DNA from: a virus | DNA: 64,000 nt | Virus record (IMG/VR): IMGVR_UViG_3300017565_000003 | Strand: one strand, 5' to 3' | In this document: positions 41,764-52,737 of the stretch, piece after piece | How the letters are laid out: every line of letters begins with the position of its first letter | Numbering within the stretch: the first letter of the stretch is position 1 | Program-made: the position numbers and the translations under genes | Notes under the pieces: generated by a model | Database searches by the model: none | Told to the model about the DNA's origin: nothing | The model's input: the letters and a program-made list of their open reading frames with translations, nothing else

Positions 41764-42786
41764 ATGGATGTTTATACACTTAAGAATTACATAATGAGTA
41801 AACCGGATTATATAGAGTTAATTCTCGAAAAAACTGGATTTTATTATATAGAGTATAACAAACGAAAAGGGGAATATAGATGCGCTAGAGAAGAAGGGAG
41901 GAACCCTACTTCTGTTAGAGTTGACAAACATACTTTATCTGCAACTTGTTTTTCAACTAACTTAAAAGGTGATCTAATCACTCTAGTTCAGGGTAAATTA
42001 AACACTTCTTTTCCTAAAACAATAAGGAAAATTGCTGATATTGTTGAGTTTAAAGATGTTGAAAAACAAGAGGAATATACACTACCGTTTGGTGGTTTTT
42101 ATAAGAAGATTGCTAAATTAAAAGATGATGACTATCTTGATGTTGAAACTTATTCTGACAATATCCTAGATCGTTTTGAAAAAATTCCTAATATGTTGTT
42201 CTATGAAGATGGTATCTTACCTCAAGTTCAACGAAGATATAACATTGGGTACGATTCAACTACAACTAGAATTAGTGTTCCCTGGTACAGTTTAGATGGA
42301 AGAATATGTGGAGTTATGGGGAGGTTGAATAAAAGGGAAGTGTCAGAAGATGAAACTAAATGGTTTCCGATAATTCCTTTTCCAAAATCAAAAACACTGT
42401 ACGGATTTATCGATAACTATAATTCCATTCAAGAAAAGTCTATTGTAATGATTGGTGAATCTGAAAAGCACAGTTTACAGCTATCAAGTAAAGGATTGAA
42501 TGTGGGTATTTCATTGGGTGGAAGTTTCATGAGTGAAGTTCAAGCGAATCACATTAAGTCACTGTTTCCAGAAAAGATAATTGTCATGATGGATGAAGGA
42601 CTTGAACAGGATCATAGCTACGAAATAGCAAAACAATTAAAGTCAGATAAATATTACAAGAATAAAGTAGGATACATATATGACAAAAACAATCTTTATC
42701 TACAAAAGGATAGTAAAATCGCTCCTGCTGACTTAGATAAGGATACATTACAGAGGTTAATTAGGGATTGTACAATTTGGATTTAA
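41764..42786 (+). CDS. DNA primase (YorJ-like, TOPRIM)
   Basis: GVMGR, IGESEK, MMDEG; follows helicase. Confidence 0.75.
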   Translation: MDVYTLKNYIMSKPDYIELILEKTGFYYIEYNKRKGEYRCAREEGRNPTSVRVDKHTLSATCFSTNLKGDLITLVQGKLNTSFPKTIRKIADIVEFKDVEKQEEYTLPFGGFYKKIAKLKDDDYLDVETYSDNILDRFEKIPNMLFYEDGILPQVQRRYNIGYDSTTTRISVPWYSLDGRICGVMGRLNKREVSEDETKWFPIIPFPKSKTLYGFIDNYNSIQEKSIVMIGESEKHSLQLSSKGLNVGISLGGSFMSEVQANHIKSLFPEKIIVMMDEGLEQDHSYEIAKQLKSDKYYKNKVGYIYDKNNLYLQKDSKIAPADLDKDTLQRLIRDCTIWI

Positions 42787-42798
42787 GGAGATGATGGA

Positions 42799-43881
42799 TT
42801 GAGAGCTGAAGATAAATTACAGGAGTTAAAAGATGCTGGAATTAAAGTGTATTCATTTTCTAAATTAGGCTCATTCATTAATTGTGAATTTGAATATTAT
42901 AATAGCTACATTCTCAAGAATCGAGGTGTAGAAAATGTCTATACGTTATTGGGAAGTTGTATACATAATAATTTAGAGGATATTTACAGTGGAAGTGGAG
43001 ATAAATCATCTTTTAAAACTAACTATACAGATAAATTAATCGAATTAGAAATGTCGGGAATTACCTTTCCCAATGATAAGATAGGTGACAGTTATAAAGC
43101 TGATGTACTTCATTTTGTTGAAAACTTTAACAAACTTAATACTAAAATGATACAGGAGCAATTGATCGTTTTTGAAATAGCAGATGGAATATGGATGCAA
43201 GGTTATATTGATGCAATTATTCCAAGTGAAAAAGGTAATCCATTCGTTAATATCATTGACTGGAAAACATCGAGTAAATTCTCAGGTAAAAAGTTAAATG
43301 AAGCAGGAAGACAGTTATTAATGTATAAGATTGGCCTTGAAGCAACTACAAATAAGAAAGTGGATAAAGTCATGTGGTGTATGGTTAAATACATCAATGT
43401 TTGTAGTATGCAAAAGAACGGTAAAGTTAAAAAGAAAATGTGTAATCGTGGAAAATGGGTTAAAGAACTTACAAAGCAATTGGAAAAAGATTTACATACA
43501 TTGAGTATAGATGAATTTGAACTTGAGTTATTACTAGACAAAGCAATTAGTGATAACAATCTCGAATCTTTACCAAAAGAAATTCAAGATAAATACTGGT
43601 TGGAAGATTGTTATGTGGAATATGAGATTACTGATGAGAAAGTTGAAGAATTCAAAAAGCATGTAGTTGATACTGTCAATGAAATCGAAAATAAGGATAA
43701 AGAAAATGAAGATGTTTGGGAAGCTGTTGAAATAAGTAAATTTAACTCATTTTATTGCAGCACTCTATGTGGTCATCGAAAAACGTGTAAACATTACAAA
43801 AAGTTTCTTGAAGAAAATGCCGATGGATTTGATAAAAAGGACAAGAAAAATGAAATTGACTTTGATGACTTGTTTAAATAA
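42799..43881 (+). CDS. PD-(D/E)XK RecB/Cas4-like exonuclease
   Basis: YSFSKL..C, GSCIH, GYIDAI..IIDWKT, QL..Y, C-terminal CSTLCGHRKTC. Confidence 0.85.
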   Translation: MRAEDKLQELKDAGIKVYSFSKLGSFINCEFEYYNSYILKNRGVENVYTLLGSCIHNNLEDIYSGSGDKSSFKTNYTDKLIELEMSGITFPNDKIGDSYKADVLHFVENFNKLNTKMIQEQLIVFEIADGIWMQGYIDAIIPSEKGNPFVNIIDWKTSSKFSGKKLNEAGRQLLMYKIGLEATTNKKVDKVMWCMVKYINVCSMQKNGKVKKKMCNRGKWVKELTKQLEKDLHTLSIDEFELELLLDKAISDNNLESLPKEIQDKYWLEDCYVEYEITDEKVEEFKKHVVDTVNEIENKDKENEDVWEAVEISKFNSFYCSTLCGHRKTCKHYKKFLEENADGFDKKDKKNEIDFDDLFK

Positions 43882-43913
43882 TAAGTGAATTATACATAAA
43901 TTGAGGTGATGAT

Positions 43914-44444
43914 GTGGAGGAGATTTGGAAAGACATTGAAGGATATGAAGGTCTTTATCAGGTTAGTAATTTTGGCAGGGTTAAATCATTGAATAGAATC
44001 ATTGATAAATACCATCATGTAAAAGAAAGAATATTAAAACATCAAATTGACAGAAAAGGTTATCATACTCTTATGCTATCAAAAGATAATAAACAAAAAA
44101 GGTATGAAATACATAGATTGTTTGGGTTGACATTTATTTCTCAAGAATGTGAATGTTTCAATCATAAAGATGGTAATAAAGATGACAATAGTGTTAGTAA
44201 TTTAGATGCAGCAACTTTTTCAGAAAACATCAATCATGCTGTTGATATATTAAAAAATCATGGAAGAGCATTATGTGTAACTATAGAAGACAAAGAAGGT
44301 AAGAAGTTTGAATTCGGATCTATGAGTAAGGCTGAAAAATTCTTAAATAAGAGTTCACATTGGTTAAAATGGAGACGAAATAAATATGGTAACAAGTTTG
44401 TATATGAAGATTTTAAAATAGAAATAAAGGGGAAGTCTTCGTGA
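43914..44444 (+). CDS. NUMOD4-HNH homing endonuclease
   Basis: EIWKDIEGYEGLYQVSNFGRVKS, IHRL, NHKDGNKDDNSVSNL. Confidence 0.9.
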   Translation: MEEIWKDIEGYEGLYQVSNFGRVKSLNRIIDKYHHVKERILKHQIDRKGYHTLMLSKDNKQKRYEIHRLFGLTFISQECECFNHKDGNKDDNSVSNLDAATFSENINHAVDILKNHGRALCVTIEDKEGKKFEFGSMSKAEKFLNKSSHWLKWRRNKYGNKFVYEDFKIEIKGKSS

Positions 44445-46225
44445 GAAAAATATTTTATGATTTCGAGGTTCTTTCAAATCTTAAAACTGCTACTGGTCAA
44501 TCTTTTTGGCTAGTAGTGTTAATTGACTATGATAGTGGTAAAGGTAAGGTAATTGAAAATGATTTAGACATGTTAAAAAAATACTACAATCTTTTTAAAA
44601 ATGATGTATTCATTGGATACAATAGTAGACAATATGATCAATATATTTTTAAAGGATTACTATTGGGAATGGACGCAGGTTATATTAATGATAGGCTAAT
44701 AGTAGATGGAATCAAAGGTCACAATATTGTAAAAGATGCTTGGAAAATTCCTTTTAATAATTTCGATGTAACTACTGGTTTTCATAGTTTAAAACAATTG
44801 GAAGGATTTTTAGCAAGTAGAATTAAAGAATCGTCAGTGCCTTTTACCATAGATAGATCATTAACAGACCAGGAGATGCAAGAAATTACAGACTACTGTA
44901 TATACGATGTAAAACAAACAATTGAAGTTTTTGACAATAGAAAAGAAGAATACGAGAGTCAATTATCTTTATTAAATGCTTTTAATTTGGATATGAAGTA
45001 TTTCAATAAAACTAAAGCTCAATTATCGGCACATATTCTTGGAGCAGAAAAGCATCCAAATAGGGGAGATGAATTTGATTTTAGTTTCCCTGATACTTTG
45101 AGGGTTTCAGAAAAATATAAGCATATTGTAGATTGGTACAAAGATCCTGAAAATAGAGACTACAGCAAAAAGTTAAAAGTAGATGTAGCAGGAGTTCCAC
45201 ATGTCTTTGCCTTTGGAGGAATTCACGGTGCTCTACCTAAATATAAAGACGAAGGAATCATTCTATGCTGCGATGTAGCTTCATTATATCCTTCTTTAAT
45301 GATTGAGTATGGATACATTAGTAGAAATGTAAGAGATCCTTTGAAATACACTCAAATTAGGGATACACGTTTAGAGTTAAAACGTAAAAAAGACCCTACG
45401 CAATTACCTTACAAAATCGTACTTAACGCAACGTATGGGGCTATGAAAGATCAATATAACCCTTTGTATGATCCATTGATGGCCAACAATGTTTGTTTAG
45501 CTGGTCAGTTGTTATTACTTGACTTGATTGAAAAAATTGAGCCATATTGTAAACTAATTCAATCAAATACAGATGGAGTTTTCATGAAGGTTGAAAAAGA
45601 ATCTGATATTGATGTTATTAAAGAAGTTGCTAAGGAATGGGAACAGAGAACACGTTTAGATTTAGAATGGGAAGTTTTTGATAAGATCTATCAGAAAGAT
45701 GTAAATAACTATGTAATTATTGATAAAGATGGTAAGTACAAATCTAAAGGCGCTTATGTTAAGAAGCTAAACAACCTTGATTATGATCTACCTATTGTCA
45801 ATAAAGCACTGATTAACTACTTCACAAAGGATATTCCGGTTGCTAATACAATTAACGAATGTGATGAATTAAGAGATTTTCAAAAAATTGTTAAAGTATC
45901 AAGTAAATATAAACATGCATTACATGGTGAAAAGAAGTTACCTGAAAAAGTATTACGTGTGTTTGCTTCCAAGGATGAAAATGCACCAGGAGTATTTAAG
46001 GTTAAATGGAAAGTGAAAGATGGAATTGAACAGGATGTAGCTGAGAAAATAGGAAATACGCCTGAACGCTGCTTCATTAACAACGACAATATTAAAGGGA
46101 CAAAGGTTCCCGATGAATTAGATAAGGAATATTATATAGAGATGGCACAGAAGAGGTTAAATGATTTCTTAGGAATCTCCAATAGAAAGAAAAAGAAGTC
46201 TAAAAAAGATGAGGAAAAAGCTTAA
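44441..46225 (+). CDS. Family B-type DNA polymerase with N-terminal 3'-5' exonuclease
   Basis: FYDFE, GYNSRQYD, YCIYD exonuclease motifs; DVASLYPS, KIVLNATYG, QSNTDG polymerase motifs. Confidence 0.85.
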   Translation: MRKIFYDFEVLSNLKTATGQSFWLVVLIDYDSGKGKVIENDLDMLKKYYNLFKNDVFIGYNSRQYDQYIFKGLLLGMDAGYINDRLIVDGIKGHNIVKDAWKIPFNNFDVTTGFHSLKQLEGFLASRIKESSVPFTIDRSLTDQEMQEITDYCIYDVKQTIEVFDNRKEEYESQLSLLNAFNLDMKYFNKTKAQLSAHILGAEKHPNRGDEFDFSFPDTLRVSEKYKHIVDWYKDPENRDYSKKLKVDVAGVPHVFAFGGIHGALPKYKDEGIILCCDVASLYPSLMIEYGYISRNVRDPLKYTQIRDTRLELKRKKDPTQLPYKIVLNATYGAMKDQYNPLYDPLMANNVCLAGQLLLLDLIEKIEPYCKLIQSNTDGVFMKVEKESDIDVIKEVAKEWEQRTRLDLEWEVFDKIYQKDVNNYVIIDKDGKYKSKGAYVKKLNNLDYDLPIVNKALINYFTKDIPVANTINECDELRDFQKIVKVSSKYKHALHGEKKLPEKVLRVFASKDENAPGVFKVKWKVKDGIEQDVAEKIGNTPERCFINNDNIKGTKVPDELDKEYYIEMAQKRLNDFLGISNRKKKKSKKDEEKA

Positions 46226-46302
46226 ATACTCCTTTACATAATTGTCCATTCAGAATATAATAAAGATAAATTTATCTATTATAAATACAAAGGAGTGATC
46301 TT

Positions 46303-46995
46303 ATCAAGTTAAACAATAAAGATAAACTAATCATACTTATAATATTCGTAAATATAGTCGTAGCAGCATACATACTAACAAATTTACTACAGTCAGATTC
46401 AAAAATTGACGAAAATGAGCAAGAAAATGAAGTCTCAATAAAAGAGAAAATTTATTTAGAGTTAAACGGATGGCTTATAGAACCTTATGAGCCATCTCCA
46501 ATCAATAATCTAAGAAAAGGTCAACAATTAGCATTACAGAACACATTAGATAAATACAAAGCAGCTAGACAAAAACAGGATAGATTAGCAGAGTTAGAAA
46601 GACAAAGGAAACTAGAAGAAGAAAGAAAAAGGAAGGAGGCGGAGAAACGTGAAAAAGCGAAACAAGTTAGCAGGAGTAATCAGAAAGAACGTCAAAGAAT
46701 TAATGCTGTCGTTACCAGTTATACAAATGGCGTAGAGTCAACAGGGAAATCACCTGGTCATCCTGCATATGGAATTACTGCAAGTGGACGAAAAACAGAG
46801 AGAGGTGTAACAGTCGCTTGTCCTCCTTACATTGAACTTGGAACATGGGTAGTTATTGAGAATGTAGGAAAACGAAGATGCGATGATCGTGGAAGCGATA
46901 TTATAGGAAATAGATTTGATGTCTATATGAAGTATTTAGATAATGCTATTAATTTCGGAAGACAAGAACTAGAAGTGATTATACTGGAGGGATGA
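46303..46995 (+). CDS. Membrane-anchored 3D-domain protein (YorM-like), probable ATC start; not in ORF track
   Basis: 230-codon open frame: TM, coiled coil, YGITASG..VACPP..CDDRGSDI.GNRFDVYM; AAGGAGTG RBS then ATC. Confidence 0.8.
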   Translation: MKLNNKDKLIILIIFVNIVVAAYILTNLLQSDSKIDENEQENEVSIKEKIYLELNGWLIEPYEPSPINNLRKGQQLALQNTLDKYKAARQKQDRLAELERQRKLEEERKRKEAEKREKAKQVSRSNQKERQRINAVVTSYTNGVESTGKSPGHPAYGITASGRKTERGVTVACPPYIELGTWVVIENVGKRRCDDRGSDIIGNRFDVYMKYLDNAINFGRQELEVIILEG

Positions 46996-46996
46996 G

Positions 46997-48085
46997 ATGG
47001 GAACCAAGTTAACTTATGAAAGTGTTAAAAGCTATATAGAATCATTTGGGTATAAACTATTATCAGAAGAATATGTAAATTCAAGTGTTAAATTAACCGT
47101 TGAGTGCAATATAGGGCATGAATATAATGTATCGTGGGGCAAGTTCCAATCAGGTAGAAGATGTCCATATTGTTCTAATAGGGTCAAAACAACTAAAGAA
47201 GAGGTTATAAGCAATTTACAGTCTGAAGGCTATAAATTAAAAAGCGAAGAGTATGTAAACAGCAACATTCCAATTTTGATAGAATGTTCAAACGGACATG
47301 AATGGAAAGTTACATATCAAAAGTTTAAACAGGGTAGAAGATGTCCAAGGTGTACAGGTAGATATAGAGAGTATACTGGTCATATTAAATGGAACATCGA
47401 TTTGGTTAAAGCTGAAATTGAGAAAAATAATTATCAGATGATTTCCACTGAATATAAAAACTCAGATTCTCGAATAGAGATGATTTGTGACAAGGGTCAT
47501 GAGATTGAGATAAGATGGGGTCATTTTGCCAGAGGTGTAAGATGTAAACAATGTAGATCGGAAGAACATGCTTATTTTCAAAAACATACTGATGACGAGG
47601 TAGATCAAATTCTCGGTGATATTGGCTATAAGCGACTCTCTGAATATAAGAATAATCATTCTAAACTCAAAGTTAAATGTAATAATGGACATGAGTCAGA
47701 AATGCTTCTTAGCAACATTAAATCAGGCGTAAGATGTAAGTATTGTAGATACTCAAAAGGTGAAAAGAAAATTATTGATTACCTAGATGAGCAGCATATA
47801 AATTACGATAGAGAATACAGAGTGTTTAACGAGGAACTTGATACTCATATGGTATTTGATTTCGTTATTTTTAATAAAGATGGAGAATCCACAAGATACA
47901 TAGAATACGATGGAATTCAGCACTTTGAGGAAAGAGATTTTTTCAGAGAGAGTTTACAAACAATTCAACAAAGAGATAGGATAAAAGATAATTATTGTTC
48001 TAGCATGAATATACCACTTCTAAGAATTCCATATACGAAGTATAATAATGTTGAGGAAGAACTAAATAAATTTATATATAAGTAA
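46997..48085 (+). CDS. Free-standing zinc-ribbon repeat endonuclease
   Basis: Four C..GH..GRRCxxC repeats; SKGE..FDF..IEYDGIQH. Confidence 0.75.
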   Translation: MGTKLTYESVKSYIESFGYKLLSEEYVNSSVKLTVECNIGHEYNVSWGKFQSGRRCPYCSNRVKTTKEEVISNLQSEGYKLKSEEYVNSNIPILIECSNGHEWKVTYQKFKQGRRCPRCTGRYREYTGHIKWNIDLVKAEIEKNNYQMISTEYKNSDSRIEMICDKGHEIEIRWGHFARGVRCKQCRSEEHAYFQKHTDDEVDQILGDIGYKRLSEYKNNHSKLKVKCNNGHESEMLLSNIKSGVRCKYCRYSKGEKKIIDYLDEQHINYDREYRVFNEELDTHMVFDFVIFNKDGESTRYIEYDGIQHFEERDFFRESLQTIQQRDRIKDNYCSSMNIPLLRIPYTKYNNVEEELNKFIYK

Positions 48086-48119
48086 ATTTAATATAAATTC
48101 TAAGGGAGGGTAGAGGCTA

Positions 48120-48317
48120 ATGCCTAAATACTTTACATACGACTTACAAACAAGAGTTAAAGTAAATGATCATGCAATAAAAGGAATGCCTTCTGACGTA
48201 GATAAGGAAGGTGTGATAATCGAACATTTAGACTCCTGGCAATACGATTATTTAGTACTGTTAGACAATGGCTCACTTGGAACATTTAGAGAAATCGAAT
48301 TAAATAAACTTAACTAA
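48120..48317 (+). CDS. YorP-like protein
   Basis: MPKY..G.IIEHL.S..YDY..FRE.ELN pattern; synteny. Confidence 0.65.
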   Translation: MPKYFTYDLQTRVKVNDHAIKGMPSDVDKEGVIIEHLDSWQYDYLVLLDNGSLGTFREIELNKLN

Positions 48318-48482
48318 TGAGGTGGGCAAAGTGTTTACTGTAGGTGAGAAAGTTCAGCTAATACATACCGGAGAACCAGGAAAAGTATTAATGATTGATC
48401 ATCAACATGAACAAGTAGAAGTTGAGTTTGAAGATAATAGCTGTGCAGTTTATAAAATTAATCAGATTGAGAAGGTGGATAA

Positions 48483-48989
48483 ATGACAGTTTACATATTA
48501 GAAGGTAATGAGTGTAATTTTAAAACAACAGTAGCAGAAAAGTTAAGTAAACAAATGAGCATTCCAGTTGTTAAAGGATCTTCATTTGAATTATCACAGT
48601 GTAGTAATGAAGCATTGTTTGAACACTTTAAGCAAATGGCTCAATTAGACAATGTGATTATTGACAGATTTATCTATAGTAATCGTGTTTATGCAACTTT
48701 ATATGAAGACTTTGCAATCTTAACAGATGGGCAGCGTAAAGAAATTGAGGATATATTGAAAGGTAAAACAACTGTAGCATACCTATTCGCAGATGGAGAA
48801 GTTATTAAAGAGCGAATTAGCGAGCGTGGAGATGATTATGTTGATGTCTCTATGGTTGAAAAGATAAATTATACATACATTGGAACTATGTTGGATTCTA
48901 CCTTAAAAGTAGTTTCCTATGATACAGAGGAATGGAATAGTTCAGCAATCGCAGAGGATTTAGCAGATAGATATGAACAAAACGATTGA
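48483..48989 (+). CDS. Nucleotide kinase (YorR-like)
   Basis: ILEGNECNFKTT, IIDRFIYSN, RISERGD. Confidence 0.8.
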   Translation: MTVYILEGNECNFKTTVAEKLSKQMSIPVVKGSSFELSQCSNEALFEHFKQMAQLDNVIIDRFIYSNRVYATLYEDFAILTDGQRKEIEDILKGKTTVAYLFADGEVIKERISERGDDYVDVSMVEKINYTYIGTMLDSTLKVVSYDTEEWNSSAIAEDLADRYEQND

Positions 48990-50052
48990 AAATGTTGAAG
49001 GATTAATTAGAGTTTTTGGAGATAAGATCAAGACAGACAATCACCTACTTCTATTGTATTGGTTACATGTAGACGAAGTGGAGATGGATAAAGAAACCAT
49101 TTCCACTAAGGACTTCTTACAAAATGCAACTAATCCGGCTGATATTATTAATGCGAAAATTATGTTGGATTGTACCAGAGGAGTAATTAAATGAGTTTAC
49201 TAATAGGAGTTATTATTGGAATAGTTTTACGAATGGTATTTGATTGCATAATATCTATGTATAAACATTCAAAAATTAACTAAATATACATTAATTATAC
49301 ATATATTATGAATAAATATACACTAATTTCAACATAAAATGATTGTTTTAAAGAGAGGAGAGAGAATAAATGTCTGAAATAAGATGTAACAAAGTTTCAG
49401 TAATTGTCTACACAGAGAATCCTAAAGAAAGACAAAAGTATTTTAATTTATTCAAATTTATTTTTCAAGGTCAAATAACCAAAGAAATACAATCATCAGA
49501 TAGAAAAGAGTTTGAGACTTATAGATTCAGATTTAGATTTTATCCTAAACTCCAAAGTGCTAGAGGATATAAAGCACATTACGTCTTGAATCTAACACAA
49601 GATATTGAATTTCATCAGTGTGTAGCTTTACCAAATACAAGTATGTTTGACTCATTAAAACGTGATAAACAGTGGCAAGAATTATTTGAAGATATGGGGG
49701 AGTTGTAAGAATGAATTGTGATGAATGTAACTGTTTCACTGAATATTGGACAGAAGAAGATGATGGTAATTTATGTCCTAAATGTTATGCTGATTTAGTT
49801 GGGTTGAGCGTAGAGGAAGTTTGGAGGTGTGTGTAATAAATGTCAATGCTTGATGCTAATGATTGTCAATTGGGCGAAATTTATAAGGATGTAAATTCTG
49901 AAATGAGATTTATTGTAGTTTTAAGAGATGGTAGTAAATGTTTTCAAGTTTTAGGGGAAGAAGATACCTATACAACTCAATTAAATCCTAAATATCATAT
50001 AAGAATACAGGGGGAAATAAATGAAAATCGAAAGAAAATGGTCTATGCCTAA
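48973..50052 (+). other. Small hypothetical ORFs (48973-49194, 49370-49708, 49840-50052)
   Basis: ORF track with RBSs. Confidence 0.6.
49258..49322. promoter_or_regulatory. ArgR/AhrC-box-like sites
   Basis: TGTATAAACATTCA (49258), ACATTAATTATACA (49288), TGAATAAATATACA (49309). Confidence 0.45.
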
Positions 50053-50548
50053 CAGCAGAACATTTAAAATTAAACCTATACATGAATTAATCAAAGGTGA
50101 ATTAATTGAAGGTGTAATTCTTGATCCATTCGCAAATGAAATGTCAATAAAGGAATTAATGACTGACAAACACAAATACATAACCAATGATTTAGATGAA
50201 CAATATGACACAGATTATCACATGGACGCTTTAGAATTCTTGCAGCAATTTGAAGATAATTCAGTTGATATGATACTTTATGATCCACCTTATTCACCTA
50301 GACAAGTAAGTGAATGTTACAAGAATCTAGGTAGAACAGTAAATATGCAAACGACTCAGGCATCTTATTGGGGTAATCAGAAAAAAGAGATTGCTAGAAT
50401 AGTAAAGTCTGGAGGTAAAGTGATTACGTTTGGTTGGAATAGTGGCGGTATTGGTAAGAAGAATGGATTTGAAATACATAAAATATTAATGGTTGCTCAT
50501 GGTGGATGGCATAACGATACGATTTGTACGGTTGAAATTAAAAAGTAA
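50021..50548 (+). CDS. Small adenine-specific DNA methyltransferase
   Basis: ILDPFAN and LYDPPYS. Confidence 0.75.
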   Translation: MKIERKWSMPNSRTFKIKPIHELIKGELIEGVILDPFANEMSIKELMTDKHKYITNDLDEQYDTDYHMDALEFLQQFEDNSVDMILYDPPYSPRQVSECYKNLGRTVNMQTTQASYWGNQKKEIARIVKSGGKVITFGWNSGGIGKKNGFEIHKILMVAHGGWHNDTICTVEIKK

Positions 50549-50605
50549 ATTATACATAACTAAATAAAATAATCGTTTCATTAAAACTTTAAAAGGAGAG
50601 ATTAA

Positions 50606-51628
50606 ATGAATAATAGAATTAAGTTTGCATCACTTTTCACGGGCATCGGTGCACCAGAAAAAGCCTTTAAAGAATTAGGGATTGAATTGGAACATGTTGG
50701 CTTTTGTGAAAATCATGAAGAAACATCAAAGGCCTTCAGCTTTATACATAATTTAGATGAATCTTTAAACTTAGGTGATGTCACTGCAATAGACTGGGAT
50801 AGTGTTCCAGACTTTGATCTACTTTGGTATTCACCACCTTGCCAGTCATTTTCTAGACAGGGTAAAGAGTTAGGCATGGAAGATGAACGAGGAATACTAT
50901 TCTTCGATGCATTAAAAGGAATTAAAGCGAAACGGCCTAAAATTGCAATCATGGAAAATGTCGATAATTTAGCAGGTAAAAAATTTAAAGATGAATTTAA
51001 CATTATGTTAGAGAGACTAGAAGAGTTAGATTATACGAACTATCATAAAGTGTTAAACGCATCTGACTATAACGTTGCTCAAAATAGAAAGAGAATATTC
51101 ATAATTAGCATAAGAAATGATCTCGATATCACATATGAATTTCCAAAAGCTTTACCGTTAACAAATTCATTATCTGATTACCTAGAAAAAGATGCAGAAC
51201 CGACAATTTTACATAATATATACGGTGGATTTAAAGAGAAGTGTGCTAGGGTGTTTAAGAAACATTCACCGACGATTAGAACTGCTGCAGGTGGAGGACA
51301 TATACCGAGTGTTGTTTTAAAGGATAGCAAAAGAATAATCAAAGAAAACAAATTAAATAAGCAAAATAAATTATTTTACATAGAAAAAGACGAATTCTTA
51401 ATTGAGGATGATAAGTATTACTTAGAAAAAGAAGGTGTTCAAGAAGGGAGAGACTATGTTGTAAGTCGCCAAATGACACCGAGAGAAACATTTAGGCTAC
51501 AGGGCTTTTCAGATGAAGACTTTGATAAAGTAAAAGATCATTTTAAAGACACTTTACTGTATAGAATGTCAGGGAATAGTATCCCTGTGCCAATGCTAAA
51601 GGAATTATTAAAACCTTTATTTAAATAA
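50606..51628 (+). CDS. C5-cytosine DNA methyltransferase
   Basis: SLFTGIG, SPPCQSFS, MENV, QNRKR, RLQGF, GNS. Confidence 0.92.
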   Translation: MNNRIKFASLFTGIGAPEKAFKELGIELEHVGFCENHEETSKAFSFIHNLDESLNLGDVTAIDWDSVPDFDLLWYSPPCQSFSRQGKELGMEDERGILFFDALKGIKAKRPKIAIMENVDNLAGKKFKDEFNIMLERLEELDYTNYHKVLNASDYNVAQNRKRIFIISIRNDLDITYEFPKALPLTNSLSDYLEKDAEPTILHNIYGGFKEKCARVFKKHSPTIRTAAGGGHIPSVVLKDSKRIIKENKLNKQNKLFYIEKDEFLIEDDKYYLEKEGVQEGRDYVVSRQMTPRETFRLQGFSDEDFDKVKDHFKDTLLYRMSGNSIPVPMLKELLKPLFK

Positions 51629-51692
51629 ATTATACATAATATAAATAAAATGTTTCTATTAAACAGTGTCAAATAAATTAAGAGGTGATCGA

Positions 51693-52523
51693 TTGAAAAA
51701 GTTAGAAAGTCCGTGTGCTTATCAGGGTGGAAAACAACGATTAGCAAAACAGATAACAGATATTATATTTAAGGAAAATAGCATTAATGCCGAAACTAAG
51801 TTTTATGATTTATGTTGTGGTAGTGGAGCTATGTCAATTGAGTTAATTAGAAGGGGGATAAAGCCAAGTAATATAACAATGTTAGATGCTAGTCCTTGGG
51901 GATTATTTTGGAGTCAAATTGGGTCAATGGATTTTAGCATTAGTAGATTTGTAGATTACATAAATGATATTCCGAAAGATGTTTCTAAAATACAATCACA
52001 TATAAAAGATTTATATAAGCAACCTGCCAATATTGATACTGTTTATAAGTTTTTATTACTACAAGCATCTAGTTTTGGATCAAAAGCAATATGGCTCAAA
52101 AGTGAAACCGAATGGGCTACATCTAGTTTTAGAAGCTATTGGTTGCCAACCGAAACATCTAAAAGAAGAAGTCCGGTTAATCCAATGATGCCAATGCCTA
52201 ATACACTTTTGGAAAGAGTGAGGAACATCAGCTTTCAAATGGCAGGAATAAATGGAATACATAGCAATATAGAACTATTTGATAAATTTAATGATAATTC
52301 AATCATATACATAGATCCACCATACTTAAATACATCTGGATATGGGTATACATTTGATTTAAATAATTACATAAATAAATTAAATAAAAGGATATACATA
52401 AGTGAAGGTTATAAGTTTACTGAAGGTGCATATTTGATGAGTGGTAAACGTGATAAAGGTGGCATTAACGGTAATAGAAAATCATCAAATGAGGAGTGGT
52501 TAAATGTCTATGAAAGAGTATGA
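51693..52523 (+). CDS. Dam-like DNA adenine methyltransferase
   Basis: AYQGGK, YDLCCGSG, YIDPPY; GAGGTG RBS before TTG 51693. Confidence 0.8.
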   Translation: MKKLESPCAYQGGKQRLAKQITDIIFKENSINAETKFYDLCCGSGAMSIELIRRGIKPSNITMLDASPWGLFWSQIGSMDFSISRFVDYINDIPKDVSKIQSHIKDLYKQPANIDTVYKFLLLQASSFGSKAIWLKSETEWATSSFRSYWLPTETSKRRSPVNPMMPMPNTLLERVRNISFQMAGINGIHSNIELFDKFNDNSIIYIDPPYLNTSGYGYTFDLNNYINKLNKRIYISEGYKFTEGAYLMSGKRDKGGINGNRKSSNEEWLNVYERV

Positions 52524-52737
52524 AGTCAATTTCTTAATTAGTGGTAATTATCTAATTGATGCAGAGAATGAAGAAAAGGCTAGAGACATTGTTAATGAGT
52601 TTATTAACGGTCGATGGAAAGAATTAGAGCTACTATTGCAAACTGGAATTAAAGATGATGATTATACAACTGACGTAATTGAAATTTAAATAAAATTTAC
52701 ATTTTATCTTAACATAAATAAATTAAATTAATATGAG

